Source of the DNA: Microbacterium sp. | Lineage (GTDB): Bacteria; Actinomycetota; Actinomycetes; Actinomycetales; Microbacteriaceae | DNA: 64,000 nt | Direction of reading: 5' to 3' | Assembly: GCF_036566905.1 (NCBI RefSeq) | Contig: NZ_DATCVK010000169.1 | Span: 120-64,119, forward strand | Shown: piece after piece, positions 20,338 to 29,998 of the stretch | Layout of the letters: each line of letters starts with the position of its first letter | Numbering within the stretch: position 1 is the stretch's first letter | Position numbers and translations under genes: made by a program | Notes under the pieces: generated by a model | The model's database searches: none | What the model was told of the DNA's origin: nothing | Seen by the model: only the letters and a program-made list of their open reading frames with translations

Positions 20338-21174
20338 ATGGCGGATCCCACATCCTCCGTTCTCGCACCCGAGACCGGCTATGTCGAACTCGGTCAGCTT
20401 CGCATGTACTACGAAGTCCATGGCGATGCCGCCGACCGCACACCGCTGGTGCTGCTGCACGGCGGGTTGTTCGACATCGAGCAGCAGTTCGGTGCGCTCA
20501 TCCCCGACCTCGCGGTCGGGCGGAGAGTTGTCGCGGTGGACTTCCAGGGGCACGGGCGCACGAACGACATCGACCGGCCGTTCTCTGCGGCGGCGTTCGC
20601 CGGCGACGTGCTGGGCGTGCTCGACCACCTCGGCGTCGGGCGCGCTGACATCTTCGGTTTCAGCGTCGGCGGTGCCGTCGCCCTCGACCTCGCGATTGAT
20701 CATCCCGAACGGGTCAGGCGGGTCATCGTCTCGTCGACGTCGTTCGCCGCATCGGGCATGCGCGGGTCTGAGAATGCGGAGGCGGTCGGCGCGATGAGCG
20801 TCGACATGATCGCCGGCACGCCGATGGAAGCCGCCTATCTCGCGAAGTCGCCACACCCCGACCTGCACCATCTGCAAGGGCTTCTCGACAAGCTCGGCGC
20901 AACGTACGAGGGCGGGTTTCCTGATCGCACGGATGCCGAGATCCGCGCGATCGCGGCGCCGACGCTCATCACCGTGGGTGACGCCGACATGGTCTCTCTC
21001 GACCATGCGGTTGAGTTTCTGCGCCTTCGCGGCGGCGACGTGAATGGCGATTTCGTCGGTGTCCCGGCATCCCAGCTCGCGGTGTTTCCCGGCACGACCC
21101 ATTTCTTCGGGCTGGCGCGAACCGACCTGGTCCGTGACGTGGTCCTCGGATTTCTGGACGACGCCTCCGCATAG
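20338..21174 (+). CDS. Alpha/beta fold hydrolase
   Basis: LVLLHGG, DFQGHGRT, nucleophile elbow GFSVG, PTLITVGDAD, PGTTH. Confidence 0.92.
   Translation: MADPTSSVLAPETGYVELGQLRMYYEVHGDAADRTPLVLLHGGLFDIEQQFGALIPDLAVGRRVVAVDFQGHGRTNDIDRPFSAAAFAGDVLGVLDHLGVGRADIFGFSVGGAVALDLAIDHPERVRRVIVSSTSFAASGMRGSENAEAVGAMSVDMIAGTPMEAAYLAKSPHPDLHHLQGLLDKLGATYEGGFPDRTDAEIRAIAAPTLITVGDADMVSLDHAVEFLRLRGGDVNGDFVGVPASQLAVFPGTTHFFGLARTDLVRDVVLGFLDDASA
21114..21170 (+). repeat. Direct repeat copy 1 (3' end of the hydrolase gene)
   Basis: 52 of 57 positions identical to 21828-21884; the first 31 bp are identical. Confidence 0.9.
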
Positions 21175-21262
21175 AGTGCCCCGATTGCGGGCCCGCCGCC
21201 CGCAGCGGCTGACGCGTGCTCGTCCTTCACTCGGCCGACTCAGCGGGACTAACCTGTCGCGC

Positions 21263-21772
21263 GTGGCCCACTCAGCCTCGCTCGCCCGCGCATGGATCGG
21301 AACGATCGTGTTCCTCTTCCTCGCGCCGGGCATCGTCGCGGGGCTCATCCCTTGGCTCATCACGGGCTGGCGGTGGCACGACTGGGGCGGCGCGACGTGG
21401 ATCGTCCTGCCCATCGCGTGGATCCTGATCGCCCTCGGTGCGGCGTTCCTCCTGTACGCCTTCGCCTTGTTCGCCGTGAACCGCGGAGCACCCGCACCGG
21501 TCGCTCCGACCCAGACGCTCGTCGTCACGGGTGTGTATCGCTTCGTGCGCAATCCGATGTACCTCGCGGTGCTTGCGATCATCCTGGGGCAGGCGCTGCT
21601 ATTCGGCAGCTGGTGGCTCGTCCTCTACGCGGGCATCGCCCTCACCGCGGTCGTCGCGTTCGTGAAGGGCTACGAGGAGCCGACCCTCACCCGCACCTAC
21701 GGCGAGCAATATCTCGAGTATCGGCGCAACGTCCCGGGCTGGTGGCCGCGGCTTACGCCATGGCGAACGTGA
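21263..21772 (+). CDS. Isoprenylcysteine carboxyl methyltransferase / PEMT family membrane protein
   Basis: GAPAPVAPTQTLVVTGVYRFVRNPMY, EEPTL...YGEQYLEYRRNVPGWWP. Start codon uncertain. Confidence 0.85.
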   Translation: MAHSASLARAWIGTIVFLFLAPGIVAGLIPWLITGWRWHDWGGATWIVLPIAWILIALGAAFLLYAFALFAVNRGAPAPVAPTQTLVVTGVYRFVRNPMYLAVLAIILGQALLFGSWWLVLYAGIALTAVVAFVKGYEEPTLTRTYGEQYLEYRRNVPGWWPRLTPWRT

Positions 21773-21827
21773 GGCGTACCCGCACGGAGTGTCGACCCTG
21801 GTCGCACATGAGCCGCCGATCGTGACC

Positions 21828-21884
21828 GGCGCGAACCGACCTGGTCCGTGACGTGGTCGTCAGATTCCTAGCCGACGCCTCCGC
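21828..21884 (+). repeat. Direct repeat copy 2 (orphan hydrolase 3' end)
   Basis: Translates as ARTDLVRDVVVRFLADASA*, versus ARTDLVRDVVLGFLDDASA* in copy 1. Confidence 0.9.
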
Positions 21885-22053
21885 TTGAATCCGGGCGCGT
21901 GTGGTCTTCGACGTCAGGTTGCGCGCGCATGAGGTCTGCGAGTTCCTCCTCTGGCCGCGGGGCGACGGTCTCGTCGACCTCGAGTTCAGGGATGCTCGAT
22001 TCGCCGGGGGCAGGAACGTGATGCGGAGCGGCGTGTTCGTCGTAAGTGGACAC
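21868..22053 (-). CDS. Small acidic hypothetical protein
   Basis: GTG start after GGAAGG; IPELEVDETVAPRPEEELAD; 61 aa. Confidence 0.55.
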   Translation of the reverse strand: MSTYDEHAAPHHVPAPGESSIPELEVDETVAPRPEEELADLMRAQPDVEDHTRPDSSGGVG

Positions 22054-22291
22054 GGGGAATCCTTCCGTCGGCCGCAAAGGTAGCGTACGCCGGAGGGCCG
22101 GACGGCCGGAATGCCGACGCTTGCGGCTCTGTGTCTCTGCATGGTCCGACGCGGGCACGGCTCCGCTCATCGACTCGCTCTCGCGACGTCGAGGAGAGCA
22201 CGCCGGCACACCCAGAACGAGTGATGCTACGCCCGCTCTCTGATCGACCGCGCGGACGGCGGGCTTCCTCGTCGCGCCCCCGGCCTGTCAC

Positions 22292-22957
22292 TCAGCCGTG
22301 GTCGTGGTCAGAATGGTCGTCCTCGAGGATCATGCCGACGGATGTGGCGCAGGCGTCGCCGCGCCAGGCCTCGATGCCCTCACGAATGGCGAAGCCGGCG
22401 ATGACGAGTCCGGCGATCGCGTCGGTCCACCACCAGCCGAAGAGACTGTTCAGCAGGAGCCCGATCAGGACGGCGGCGGACAGGTACGTGCAGATCAGCG
22501 TCTGCTTGGAGTCGGCGACCGCGGTGGCAGAGCCGAGCTCGCGGCCGGTGCGACGTTCAGCGAGAGACAGGAACGGCATGATGACGACGCTGAGCGCCGT
22601 GATGATGATGCCGAGCGTGCTGTGCTCCGCTTCTACCCTGCCGAGCAGCGCCAGTAGCGACGTCGCGATGACGTAGGCCGCGAGGGCGAAGAACGCGACC
22701 GCTATGACACGGAGGGTGGGCTTCTCCCAGCGCTCCGGATCCCGCCGGGTGAACTGCCAGGCCACGGCCGCCGCGGACAGCACCTCGATCGTCGAGTCGA
22801 GCCCGAAGGCGATCAGCGCGCCAGAGGACGCGAGGATGCCGGCGGCGATCGCGACGATCGCTTCGATGACGTTGTAGGCGATCGTGGCCGAGACGATCCA
22901 GCGCACCCGTCGCTGCAGCAGGTGCCGACGCTCAGCGCTCAGCGCAGTGGTGCTCAT
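22292..22957 (-). CDS. Cation diffusion facilitator-like transporter (short form lacking the CTD)
   Basis: YNVIEA, FGLDSTIE, ADSKQT, WWWTD; His/Asp-rich tail; coupled to the CmtR-like gene. Confidence 0.85.
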   Translation of the reverse strand: MSTTALSAERRHLLQRRVRWIVSATIAYNVIEAIVAIAAGILASSGALIAFGLDSTIEVLSAAAVAWQFTRRDPERWEKPTLRVIAVAFFALAAYVIATSLLALLGRVEAEHSTLGIIITALSVVIMPFLSLAERRTGRELGSATAVADSKQTLICTYLSAAVLIGLLLNSLFGWWWTDAIAGLVIAGFAIREGIEAWRGDACATSVGMILEDDHSDHDHG

Positions 22958-23292
22958 GCGCAGGTGCAGCCGTCCCCGCCGCAGCAGGCCGGTTCGATGA
23001 CCAGGACCACCTGGAGCAACTCGTTCAGCGCCGGCGCCAGGTGCGGGTCAGTCAGCCGGTACTCGCTGCGCCTACCATCCGGGGAGGCCTCGACGAGACC
23101 GCAACCACGCAGGCAGGCGAGCTGGTTGGACATCACCTGCCGTGAAACCCCGAGCGCATCGGCCAGGTCCGACGGGTATGCCGGGGCGTCTCGAAGCGCC
23201 AGGAGGATGCCCACCCGGGTCGGATCGGAGAGCGCATGCCCCAGCCGGGCAAGCGCTGCGGTGTGGGTGACCGTGGCGGTGGGAGTGGGCAT
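22954..23292 (-). CDS. cmtR: ArsR/SmtB metalloregulator, CmtR-like (Cd/Pb)
   Basis: LARLGHALSDPTR, SNQLACLRGCGLV (CxxxC), C-terminal CCGGDGCTC. Probably leaderless (TATCGT 6 nt before the ATG). Confidence 0.8.
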   Translation of the reverse strand: MPTPTATVTHTAALARLGHALSDPTRVGILLALRDAPAYPSDLADALGVSRQVMSNQLACLRGCGLVEASPDGRRSEYRLTDPHLAPALNELLQVVLVIEPACCGGDGCTCA

Positions 23293-23363
23293 GCGCCAAC
23301 GATACAGCGAATCCTGAATTAAGTGAGACCTGAAGCGTCGCCAATCAGACACCTCGACCGGCT

Positions 23364-24035
23364 CTACTTGGGGAAGTACTCCCACCGACCTTCTGTGATG
23401 ACATCCACCCCGCCATCGGTGACCCTGAGGGCCGTCTGGTCGTCGATGGCGTAGGACGGATGGCGGATGCCGGCAGCCCATTTCTCCGCGGCGGCGAAGG
23501 AGTTGCCGGGTGCCCCGTCGGGCGCTAGGTGGGGACAGATCGAGAAGTCGACGATCCCGAGCGCGCTGTCATCGCCGGTCGGCGGCTTCCAGCCCACGAA
23601 CTCCCGGCCGATCTGCGGTGTCATCACCATGCTTCCCGCGCTCATGCCCACCCACACCGTCTCCGCCAGCGACGGGAACATGTCGGCCAGTCGCGACTCT
23701 CGCAGCCAATGGTTGAGGTAGAGCGCATCGCCGCCCGCCGCCAGCATCACGTCGGCCGCGAGAACGAGCGGTTTCCAGCGCTCCTCATCGATGCTCGGCA
23801 GCGCGGTGAGCTCCAGCACTCCGACGGATTTCCAGCCCAGATCAACCATGGGATTCTCGGATCTTCCGCTGATGAACTCCCATGCCTTGACGCCGGGCCC
23901 CAGCCAGGGGTGGCCGTACTGGGCGGTGGGTATGCACAGTGCGCTGGACTCGCCGATCGGCTTCCCGAGTAGGTCTTCGAGCGCGCGACGGATGGTCGGA
24001 TTTGTGACGCCCGCTGACGTGAGAAGAAGCTTCAT
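23364..24035 (-). CDS. Peptidase E (S51)-like / type 1 glutamine amidotransferase-like protein
   Basis: MKLLLTSAG, IPTA, GGD, GMSAGS nucleophile, PHL, YAIDD. Confidence 0.85.
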   Translation of the reverse strand: MKLLLTSAGVTNPTIRRALEDLLGKPIGESSALCIPTAQYGHPWLGPGVKAWEFISGRSENPMVDLGWKSVGVLELTALPSIDEERWKPLVLAADVMLAAGGDALYLNHWLRESRLADMFPSLAETVWVGMSAGSMVMTPQIGREFVGWKPPTGDDSALGIVDFSICPHLAPDGAPGNSFAAAEKWAAGIRHPSYAIDDQTALRVTDGGVDVITEGRWEYFPK

Positions 24036-24785
24036 GATCCCTTCCGCGCGGCCTGGACTCAACGTGCCCGTCTCGATCGTTTCTCGACGCGATGACTTCC
24101 GTCGATCGGGTCCGGCCAGCCTAATCGCCGCGACAGACACAGACTCGGGGCGATCGTGCGCGCCCGCGAGCCGGTCGGTGTGTGGGCTCGCCGTTACTCC
24201 GCGTCAGAGTCGGCGTCGCTGACACGAGCGGGGCCGAACTCGCGTCGCACGTCGGCGAAGGACTTAGTCTCCGGTACTCCCCGGCAAGACGTCTTGGTCA
24301 CCTCTCACTGACACGGAATCCAAGCACGGGTCATTGCGAGTTTCCGGAAGATCGACCGCTCCGCGGCCACGATGAGGGAATCCGGGTACAGCCGGCCGCC
24401 CCAGCGCCGCCGCAAGCAATGCGCGAGTGAGGCGCTGGTGGGTCTTCGCAGCGGCTGATGGGTGCCTACGCCTAGTCTGATTTCGATCCGCACGCGGCTG
24501 TCGCCGGGTCCAACCGCTCCCCCCGTCGCCCGCAAGACGTCGGCCTGCCGGCGCCTAGGCGTGGTCGGCGGGCTCCCGTCCTCGCTGCCCTGGATTCAGT
24601 GGCGTAACCGGTGGCACCGCAGCCTCCGAAGCCTGGCGTCCGCGCCCTTCGCGCGTTGGCCACAGGGTCTGAACAGATGGTGATGACGGACCGCCCCGGA
24701 TCGCTAGAGTGAGCACTCGATCCAGCGAATGAAGGTGTGCAGGTCATGGCGCGTCGATGACATTCGCTCCCTAGGAGGCCTGTCG

Positions 24786-25529
24786 ATGAGCACCACCCCC
24801 ACGTCATCTCCCGCCGGCTGGTACCCAGCGCCAGACGGATCACCGGCAACGTGGTGGTGGGACGGCGCACGGTGGACACCGCCGGGCTCCCAGCCCAGCC
24901 AGCAGCCCACGACGACCAACGCCATAACCAAGCTGGCGACGGCAACCCAAGTGCTCCTGGCCGTGTGCGGCTTGATGTCGGTGATCACCATCGGAGTCGA
25001 GACGTTCGGGATCAGCGCGGTCACGGGCTACCTCAACGGCCACGCCGCGGCCATCGACCTGCTCAACAGCTACGACCAGATCACCTTCGTGGTCACGATC
25101 CTGTCGGTTGTCGCCCTTCTCGCGACCGGCGTGCTCTGGGTCCTCTGGCAATACCGAGCTGCCAAGCATCTCCCCGGCCACACACGGCGCTCGCCCGGCT
25201 GGCACGTCGGCTCCTGGTTCGTGCCCGTCATCTGCGTCTGGTTTCCGTACCAGAACATCTCGGATCTCTGGCGAGCGGTCGGACGTTCCCGACCTGCGTG
25301 GCAGATCCTCTGGTGGCTGTGCTGGCTCGTCAGCAACGTTCTGATCCAGATCTCGAGCCGCATCTACACCAGCGCCCAAGACCTCGACCAGTTCCGGGTC
25401 GCGATGTCCGTGAGTATCGCAGGGGAGGTTCTTCTGCTGGCCGCCGCACCATTGGCATGGCTGATCGTTCGCGGCATCACGGAAGGCATCGTTCGGCGCT
25501 CCGCTGTTCACGTGGCGCTGACCTACTGA
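24786..25529 (+). CDS. DUF2510/DUF4328 membrane protein
   Basis: PAGWYPAPDG..WWWDGARWT (DUF2510) and SPGWHVGSWFVPVICVWFPYQ (DUF4328). Confidence 0.8.
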   Translation: MSTTPTSSPAGWYPAPDGSPATWWWDGARWTPPGSQPSQQPTTTNAITKLATATQVLLAVCGLMSVITIGVETFGISAVTGYLNGHAAAIDLLNSYDQITFVVTILSVVALLATGVLWVLWQYRAAKHLPGHTRRSPGWHVGSWFVPVICVWFPYQNISDLWRAVGRSRPAWQILWWLCWLVSNVLIQISSRIYTSAQDLDQFRVAMSVSIAGEVLLLAAAPLAWLIVRGITEGIVRRSAVHVALTY

Positions 25530-25619
25530 TCGTCCGGCTGTACGCCGTTCTTGACGAGGCCACAGACCGATCCAGCGCGATCGCCGTCGGATCACTCTCG
25601 TCGGCAGCAAACCGGTCGG

Positions 25620-26369
25620 TCAGCGCGCTGGTCGGCGGAGTTCCACGAATGCGGGTTCGAGGCGAGCGGCACGGCTCACGTCGATGTGCGCGACCTCGTC
25701 CAGGAGATGGTCGGTCAGCAGCATGAGGGCCGCTTCGAGGTCCTCCGTCGTGAGGTTCGCGACGCGCGTCGCCTCGAGTTGCTCGAGCTCGGGGCGAGGA
25801 AGGGCGTCCACCTCGCGACCGTGCCACGAGTTCAGCCCGACCTTGGAGCACTTCAAGTCGATGACGCGGTTCCTCAGCTCGTCGATCATCATGTCGGCCT
25901 GCCACAACTTCCCGCGCGCGATCGCGGACCGTGCGTGGAGGGCGTACAGCCATCCCAGCCCGATCGCCGTATCGGTGTTCAGCGGGATGGGGTTCGTCGG
26001 GGTGTTCGGAGTGCCGAACAGCAGGTGGAACGCCGGCTCGGTGGCACGGAACTGATCGGGTGGCCAGAACGACACATCGATCTGAAGCGAACTGCGCAGC
26101 AGGAACACCCGGTACCGAACACCGACGGCGAACACGTCGAGCGTGTCGGCAACCCCGAATCTCGTGTCGATCGTGTCGGACCAGTCGTCCACCACCGTCG
26201 GCTCGTCCGCTGCGGAGTCCAGCTGCAGAAGCAGGTCGATGTCGGACCACGCGTCCTCCGTGCCCCGAGCTGCCGAACCCGCCAGCGCCGCACCGGCTAT
26301 CCGCGGGTCTTCCGTGGCGAGCGTGATCAGTTCTGCACGGATCGCGGTTCGCTCAGTAGCGGAGAACAT
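25620..26369 (-). CDS. Nucleotidyltransferase domain protein
   Basis: GSAARGTEDAWSDID (GS...DxD polymerase-beta motif), QIDVSF, helical C-terminal domain. Confidence 0.8.
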   Translation of the reverse strand: MFSATERTAIRAELITLATEDPRIAGAALAGSAARGTEDAWSDIDLLLQLDSAADEPTVVDDWSDTIDTRFGVADTLDVFAVGVRYRVFLLRSSLQIDVSFWPPDQFRATEPAFHLLFGTPNTPTNPIPLNTDTAIGLGWLYALHARSAIARGKLWQADMMIDELRNRVIDLKCSKVGLNSWHGREVDALPRPELEQLEATRVANLTTEDLEAALMLLTDHLLDEVAHIDVSRAARLEPAFVELRRPAR

Positions 26370-26392
26370 GCCACCAACCTCGCACAAGCAAG

Positions 26393-26436
26393 CCCGGCCG
26401 TGTGGGTGCCCGGTCCCGGCCGTGTGGGTGCCGGGT
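26393..26436. repeat. 22-bp tandem duplication
   Basis: CCCGGCCGTGTGGGTGCCCGGT followed by CCCGGCCGTGTGGGTGCCGGGT (1 mismatch). Confidence 0.75.
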
Positions 26437-26470
26437 CCCGGTCGGTCGACCGGCCGTCCGTCGCCGCGGC

Positions 26471-27394
26471 TCAGCCGACGCGGAGCTCCTCGGGCTCGAC
26501 GACCACGTCGACGAGGGCGCCGTTGCGCCAGACGGTCATCTCCATCCGCCGCCCGATGGCTCCCGCCACCATCCGTCGCTGCAGCGCGGTGGGGTCGGCG
26601 ATCGCGACGCCGTCCAGTGACAGCACGATGTCGCCGGCGCGGGCGCCGGCTGCGGCGGCCGGGCTGTTCGGCACGACCGAGACCACCTGCATCCCGACCC
26701 TCGCCCCGGCCTTGACGGCCACGTCGGGACCGAGGGGCACCGTCGCGCCGGCGATGCCCAGCCAGGCCCGCCGTACTCGGCCGGTCGTGCGCAGGGCGTC
26801 GATGATCTCGCGCGTCGTGGCGTTGATGGGCACGGCGAGCCCCAGGCCGATGCCGGCAACTGCGGTGTTCACGCCGACCATCCGCCCGGCGCTGTCGGCC
26901 AGCACGCCGCCGCTGTTGCCGGGGTTGAGCGCGGCATCGGTCTGGATGACCTCGTCGATCACCCGCCCCGAGCGTGTCGGAAGCGATCGTCCGAGCGCCG
27001 AGACGATGCCGGCCGTCACACTCCCCGACAAGCCGCGCGGGTTGCCCAGCGCGACCACGAGCTGCCCGACTCCGAGCGCCGCGGCATCCCCCATCCGCAC
27101 GGGCGGTGGCGTCGGTCCGTCGGCGTGCAGCACGGCCAGATCCGACAGCGGGTCGGCACCGATGACGGATGCCGCCGCCACCGTGCCGTCGGGGAAGGCC
27201 AGCTCGACGCCGACCGCCCCCTCGACGACGTGGGCGCTGGTGAGGAGGTGTCCCCCCTCCGTGATGACCGAGGCGCTGCCCGCGCCCATCCCCTGACGAG
27301 TGCGCACGCTCACCGCGGCGACCGAGGGCAGCACGGTCTGCGCGACGCGCATCACCGTCGATGAGTACGCGTCGAGCGCCTCCCTGTCGTCCAT
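26471..27394 (-). CDS. HtrA/S1C serine protease with PDZ domain
   Basis: TSAHVV (His), DLAVL (Asp), QTDAALNPGNSGG (Ser), C-terminal PDZ. No signal peptide. Confidence 0.92.
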   Translation of the reverse strand: MDDREALDAYSSTVMRVAQTVLPSVAAVSVRTRQGMGAGSASVITEGGHLLTSAHVVEGAVGVELAFPDGTVAAASVIGADPLSDLAVLHADGPTPPPVRMGDAAALGVGQLVVALGNPRGLSGSVTAGIVSALGRSLPTRSGRVIDEVIQTDAALNPGNSGGVLADSAGRMVGVNTAVAGIGLGLAVPINATTREIIDALRTTGRVRRAWLGIAGATVPLGPDVAVKAGARVGMQVVSVVPNSPAAAAGARAGDIVLSLDGVAIADPTALQRRMVAGAIGRRMEMTVWRNGALVDVVVEPEELRVG

Positions 27395-27483
27395 GCGACC
27401 AGTGTCGACCTCTCACGGTCCACACGGCGCGAGTTCGCGCACGGCGGAAGCCGGGCCACCATCGGGCCGCGGGACGGAGCGCG

Positions 27484-28482
27484 TCAATCCTCGGAACCGG
27501 CCCCCTGCGACGAGCCCGCCGACGCATCCCACCAGTCGAGCACGCGGGTGCCCATCAGCGTCAGCCAGCGCGAAGGCTCCCCCTCGCCCGCGTCGACATC
27601 GAACCAGGTCCGCCCCGGGAGCGGCGTCGTCTGCAACCACGTGCCGTCGGGCTGCCGGGCCGCTCTGACGACCTCGATCGCCTCGGCGAGCCGCGGGTCT
27701 GGCGCCGTGCCTTCGAACAGCGCGACGTCGCGGAAGTGGTCGAGGGCGGCGAGCGCGCTGTACCGGTGCCGGTTGGGGTAGACGAAGCGGGTGACGAAGT
27801 CGCCGACGACCTCGCCCGTGCTCGCGCGGAACATGAGCCGCCGAGAGAGCAGATACTCCTCGCCGCCGTGGCGGGCCTCGCGAATGCGCGTGTCGCCGGT
27901 GATCCGCTCGTACGCGAGCATGCCGCGCGCGGCGTTCAGCGTGGAGTGGAACGACGAGCGGACGGAGTCGCCCTCCTCGGCCTCGCAGTTCCAGCCGCCG
28001 TCGGCCAGGCGATGCTCGGGGAACCACTCGACGAGCCGCGACACGTCGGCGCCGAGCCAGGCGCCGCTGGCGAGCGTGTAAGAGTTGATGCAGACGTCGA
28101 CCTCGCCGCCCCAGTACGGCAGGTCCTCGTACTCCCAGCGGCTGTTCGCCGCGAGCTTCTCAGCGGTCCCCTCGAGCACGGCGGCATCCACGCCCCACTC
28201 CCGCAGGTCTTTCAGCACCCACGTCGTGGCGACCCAGGGCTGACCCGGTGCCTCCGCCTCGGCGCTCCCGAAGAAGTCGGCGGGGAAGAAGGCGCCCCCG
28301 GCCCACTGACCGTCGGCGTCCTGCTCGGCGAGGAGCCGGGCGCCGAAGCCCTCCGTCGCGACGCGTGCGCGTGTGGCTTCCCAGACCCCGGGCGGAGCGT
28401 CGGCGAGATCCCTCTCGACCTGACAGCGCAGCGCGGGGTCGGAGTCGAGCAGCCAGTCGAGCACAGGTCGCGGCGTGGACAT
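27484..28482 (-). CDS. Prenyltransferase/squalene-cyclase-repeat (alpha/alpha barrel) protein
   Basis: QW-like repeats QDADGQW, LADGGWNC, QPDGTW; WLLDSDP; SRWLTL. Confidence 0.7.
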   Translation of the reverse strand: MSTPRPVLDWLLDSDPALRCQVERDLADAPPGVWEATRARVATEGFGARLLAEQDADGQWAGGAFFPADFFGSAEAEAPGQPWVATTWVLKDLREWGVDAAVLEGTAEKLAANSRWEYEDLPYWGGEVDVCINSYTLASGAWLGADVSRLVEWFPEHRLADGGWNCEAEEGDSVRSSFHSTLNAARGMLAYERITGDTRIREARHGGEEYLLSRRLMFRASTGEVVGDFVTRFVYPNRHRYSALAALDHFRDVALFEGTAPDPRLAEAIEVVRAARQPDGTWLQTTPLPGRTWFDVDAGEGEPSRWLTLMGTRVLDWWDASAGSSQGAGSED

Positions 28483-28592
28483 GAGGGCAGAGTACCCAGG
28501 ACCGCCGACGTGGCACAGGGCCACGACATCCGCTCGTCTGGATACTGTGAGGATCGTTGCCGGGCCGCCCGCCGGCGAGGGAGGATTGCCCG

Positions 28593-29591
28593 ATGCCCAT
28601 CGTCGACAACGGCGTGTACGTCGCCGGACAGCGGATCAAGAATCCGACGAGCCTGGCCGAGACGTTCGAGTACACGCGCGCCCAGCACGGAATGGCCTGG
28701 ATCGGGCTGTTCCGCCCCACCGCCGAAGAGATCGCGCAGGTCGCCGACGAGTTCTCGCTGCACTCGCTCGCCGTCGAGGACGCCCTGACGGGCCACCAGC
28801 GGTCCAAGCTCGAGCGGTACGGCGACATCCTCTTCATCGTGCTGCGCCCCGCGCGGTACATCGACGAGACCGAGACGGTCGAGTTCGGCGAGCTGCACGT
28901 GTTCGTCGGCCCGGACTTCATCGTGACGATCCGCCACGCCGAGTCGCCCGACCTCAGCCGGGTGCGCCACCGCATGGAGCGCGACCCGCAGCTGCTGGCC
29001 CTCGGGCCCGAGGCCGTGCTCTACGCGATCCTCGACGAGGTGGTCGACGAGTACACGCCGGTGATCGAGGGCGTCGAGAACGACATCGACGAGATCGAGG
29101 ACGCCCTGTTCGAGAACGGCGGGGTCACGCTCTCCAAGCGCATCTACGACCTGTCGCGCGAGGTGATCACGCTGCAGCGCGCGGTCGCGCCGCTCGCCGA
29201 CATGCTCGAGGCCCTCCAGCGCGGGGCGCCGAAGTACGAGGTCGACCTCGAGCTGCAGCGGTCGCTGCGCGACGTGCACGACCACGCGCTGCGGATCATC
29301 GACAAGGCCGCGGCGTTCCGCTCGATCCTCGACAACGCACTCACCGTCAACGCCACGATCGTCACCCAGCGCCAGACCGACACCGCGCTGCTGCAGAACG
29401 AGCAGGTGAAGAAGATCTCGGGCTGGGCCGCGATCCTCTTCGGTCCGACGCTCGTCGGCACGATCTACGGCATGAACTTCGTCTACATGCCCGAACTGGA
29501 ATGGCCGCTGGGCTACCCGATGGCACTCGCCCTCATGGCCGCGACGAGCCTCACCCTGTACTGGGTCTTCCGCAAGCGGCACTGGCTCTGA
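28593..29591 (+). CDS. corA: Magnesium/cobalt transporter CorA
   Basis: HQRSKLE, IYGMNF signature, MPELEW. Confidence 0.93.
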   Translation: MPIVDNGVYVAGQRIKNPTSLAETFEYTRAQHGMAWIGLFRPTAEEIAQVADEFSLHSLAVEDALTGHQRSKLERYGDILFIVLRPARYIDETETVEFGELHVFVGPDFIVTIRHAESPDLSRVRHRMERDPQLLALGPEAVLYAILDEVVDEYTPVIEGVENDIDEIEDALFENGGVTLSKRIYDLSREVITLQRAVAPLADMLEALQRGAPKYEVDLELQRSLRDVHDHALRIIDKAAAFRSILDNALTVNATIVTQRQTDTALLQNEQVKKISGWAAILFGPTLVGTIYGMNFVYMPELEWPLGYPMALALMAATSLTLYWVFRKRHWL

Positions 29592-29631
29592 CGGCGCCGC
29601 GCGGCCGTCGACCGACGGCCACGCGCGCCCA

Positions 29632-29938
29632 TCAGCCGACGAGCTCCTCGAGCTTCTTGGCGAGCTCCTCGCTCGTATGCGTCTCCTGCTGGAGGTTGTC
29701 GGTCAGCAGGGTGACGGCGTCGGTTGCCCCCTGCGCACGGGTGGCGAGGATCAGCGACTGGTACGCCCGAGATCTCGTAGTGCTCGTTGCCGAGCGCCGC
29801 CGACAGCGTCACCTGGTCGCGCAGCGCCGGCGCGGAGCGTGCGATGAGCGACTCGGCCTGCTTGGCGATGCCCTTCGTGCTCGGCGATGCGGCCGTGGAC
29901 TCCGGCAGTTCGAGCACCCGGAACACCTGACGGAGGTT
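29632..29938 (-). pseudogene. Ferritin-like DUF892/YciF-family remnant (5'-truncated and frameshifted)
   Basis: NLRQVF...GNEHYEIS in one frame continues as AYQSLI...NLQQETHTSEEL* after removing one G at about 29766-29768. The N-terminal helices are absent. Confidence 0.75.
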
Positions 29939-29998
29939 GGTCCGAGATGTTGCGCAGCTGCGCTCGCCGTCATCCGTCCGGCGCTGCGGGGCAAGTGA

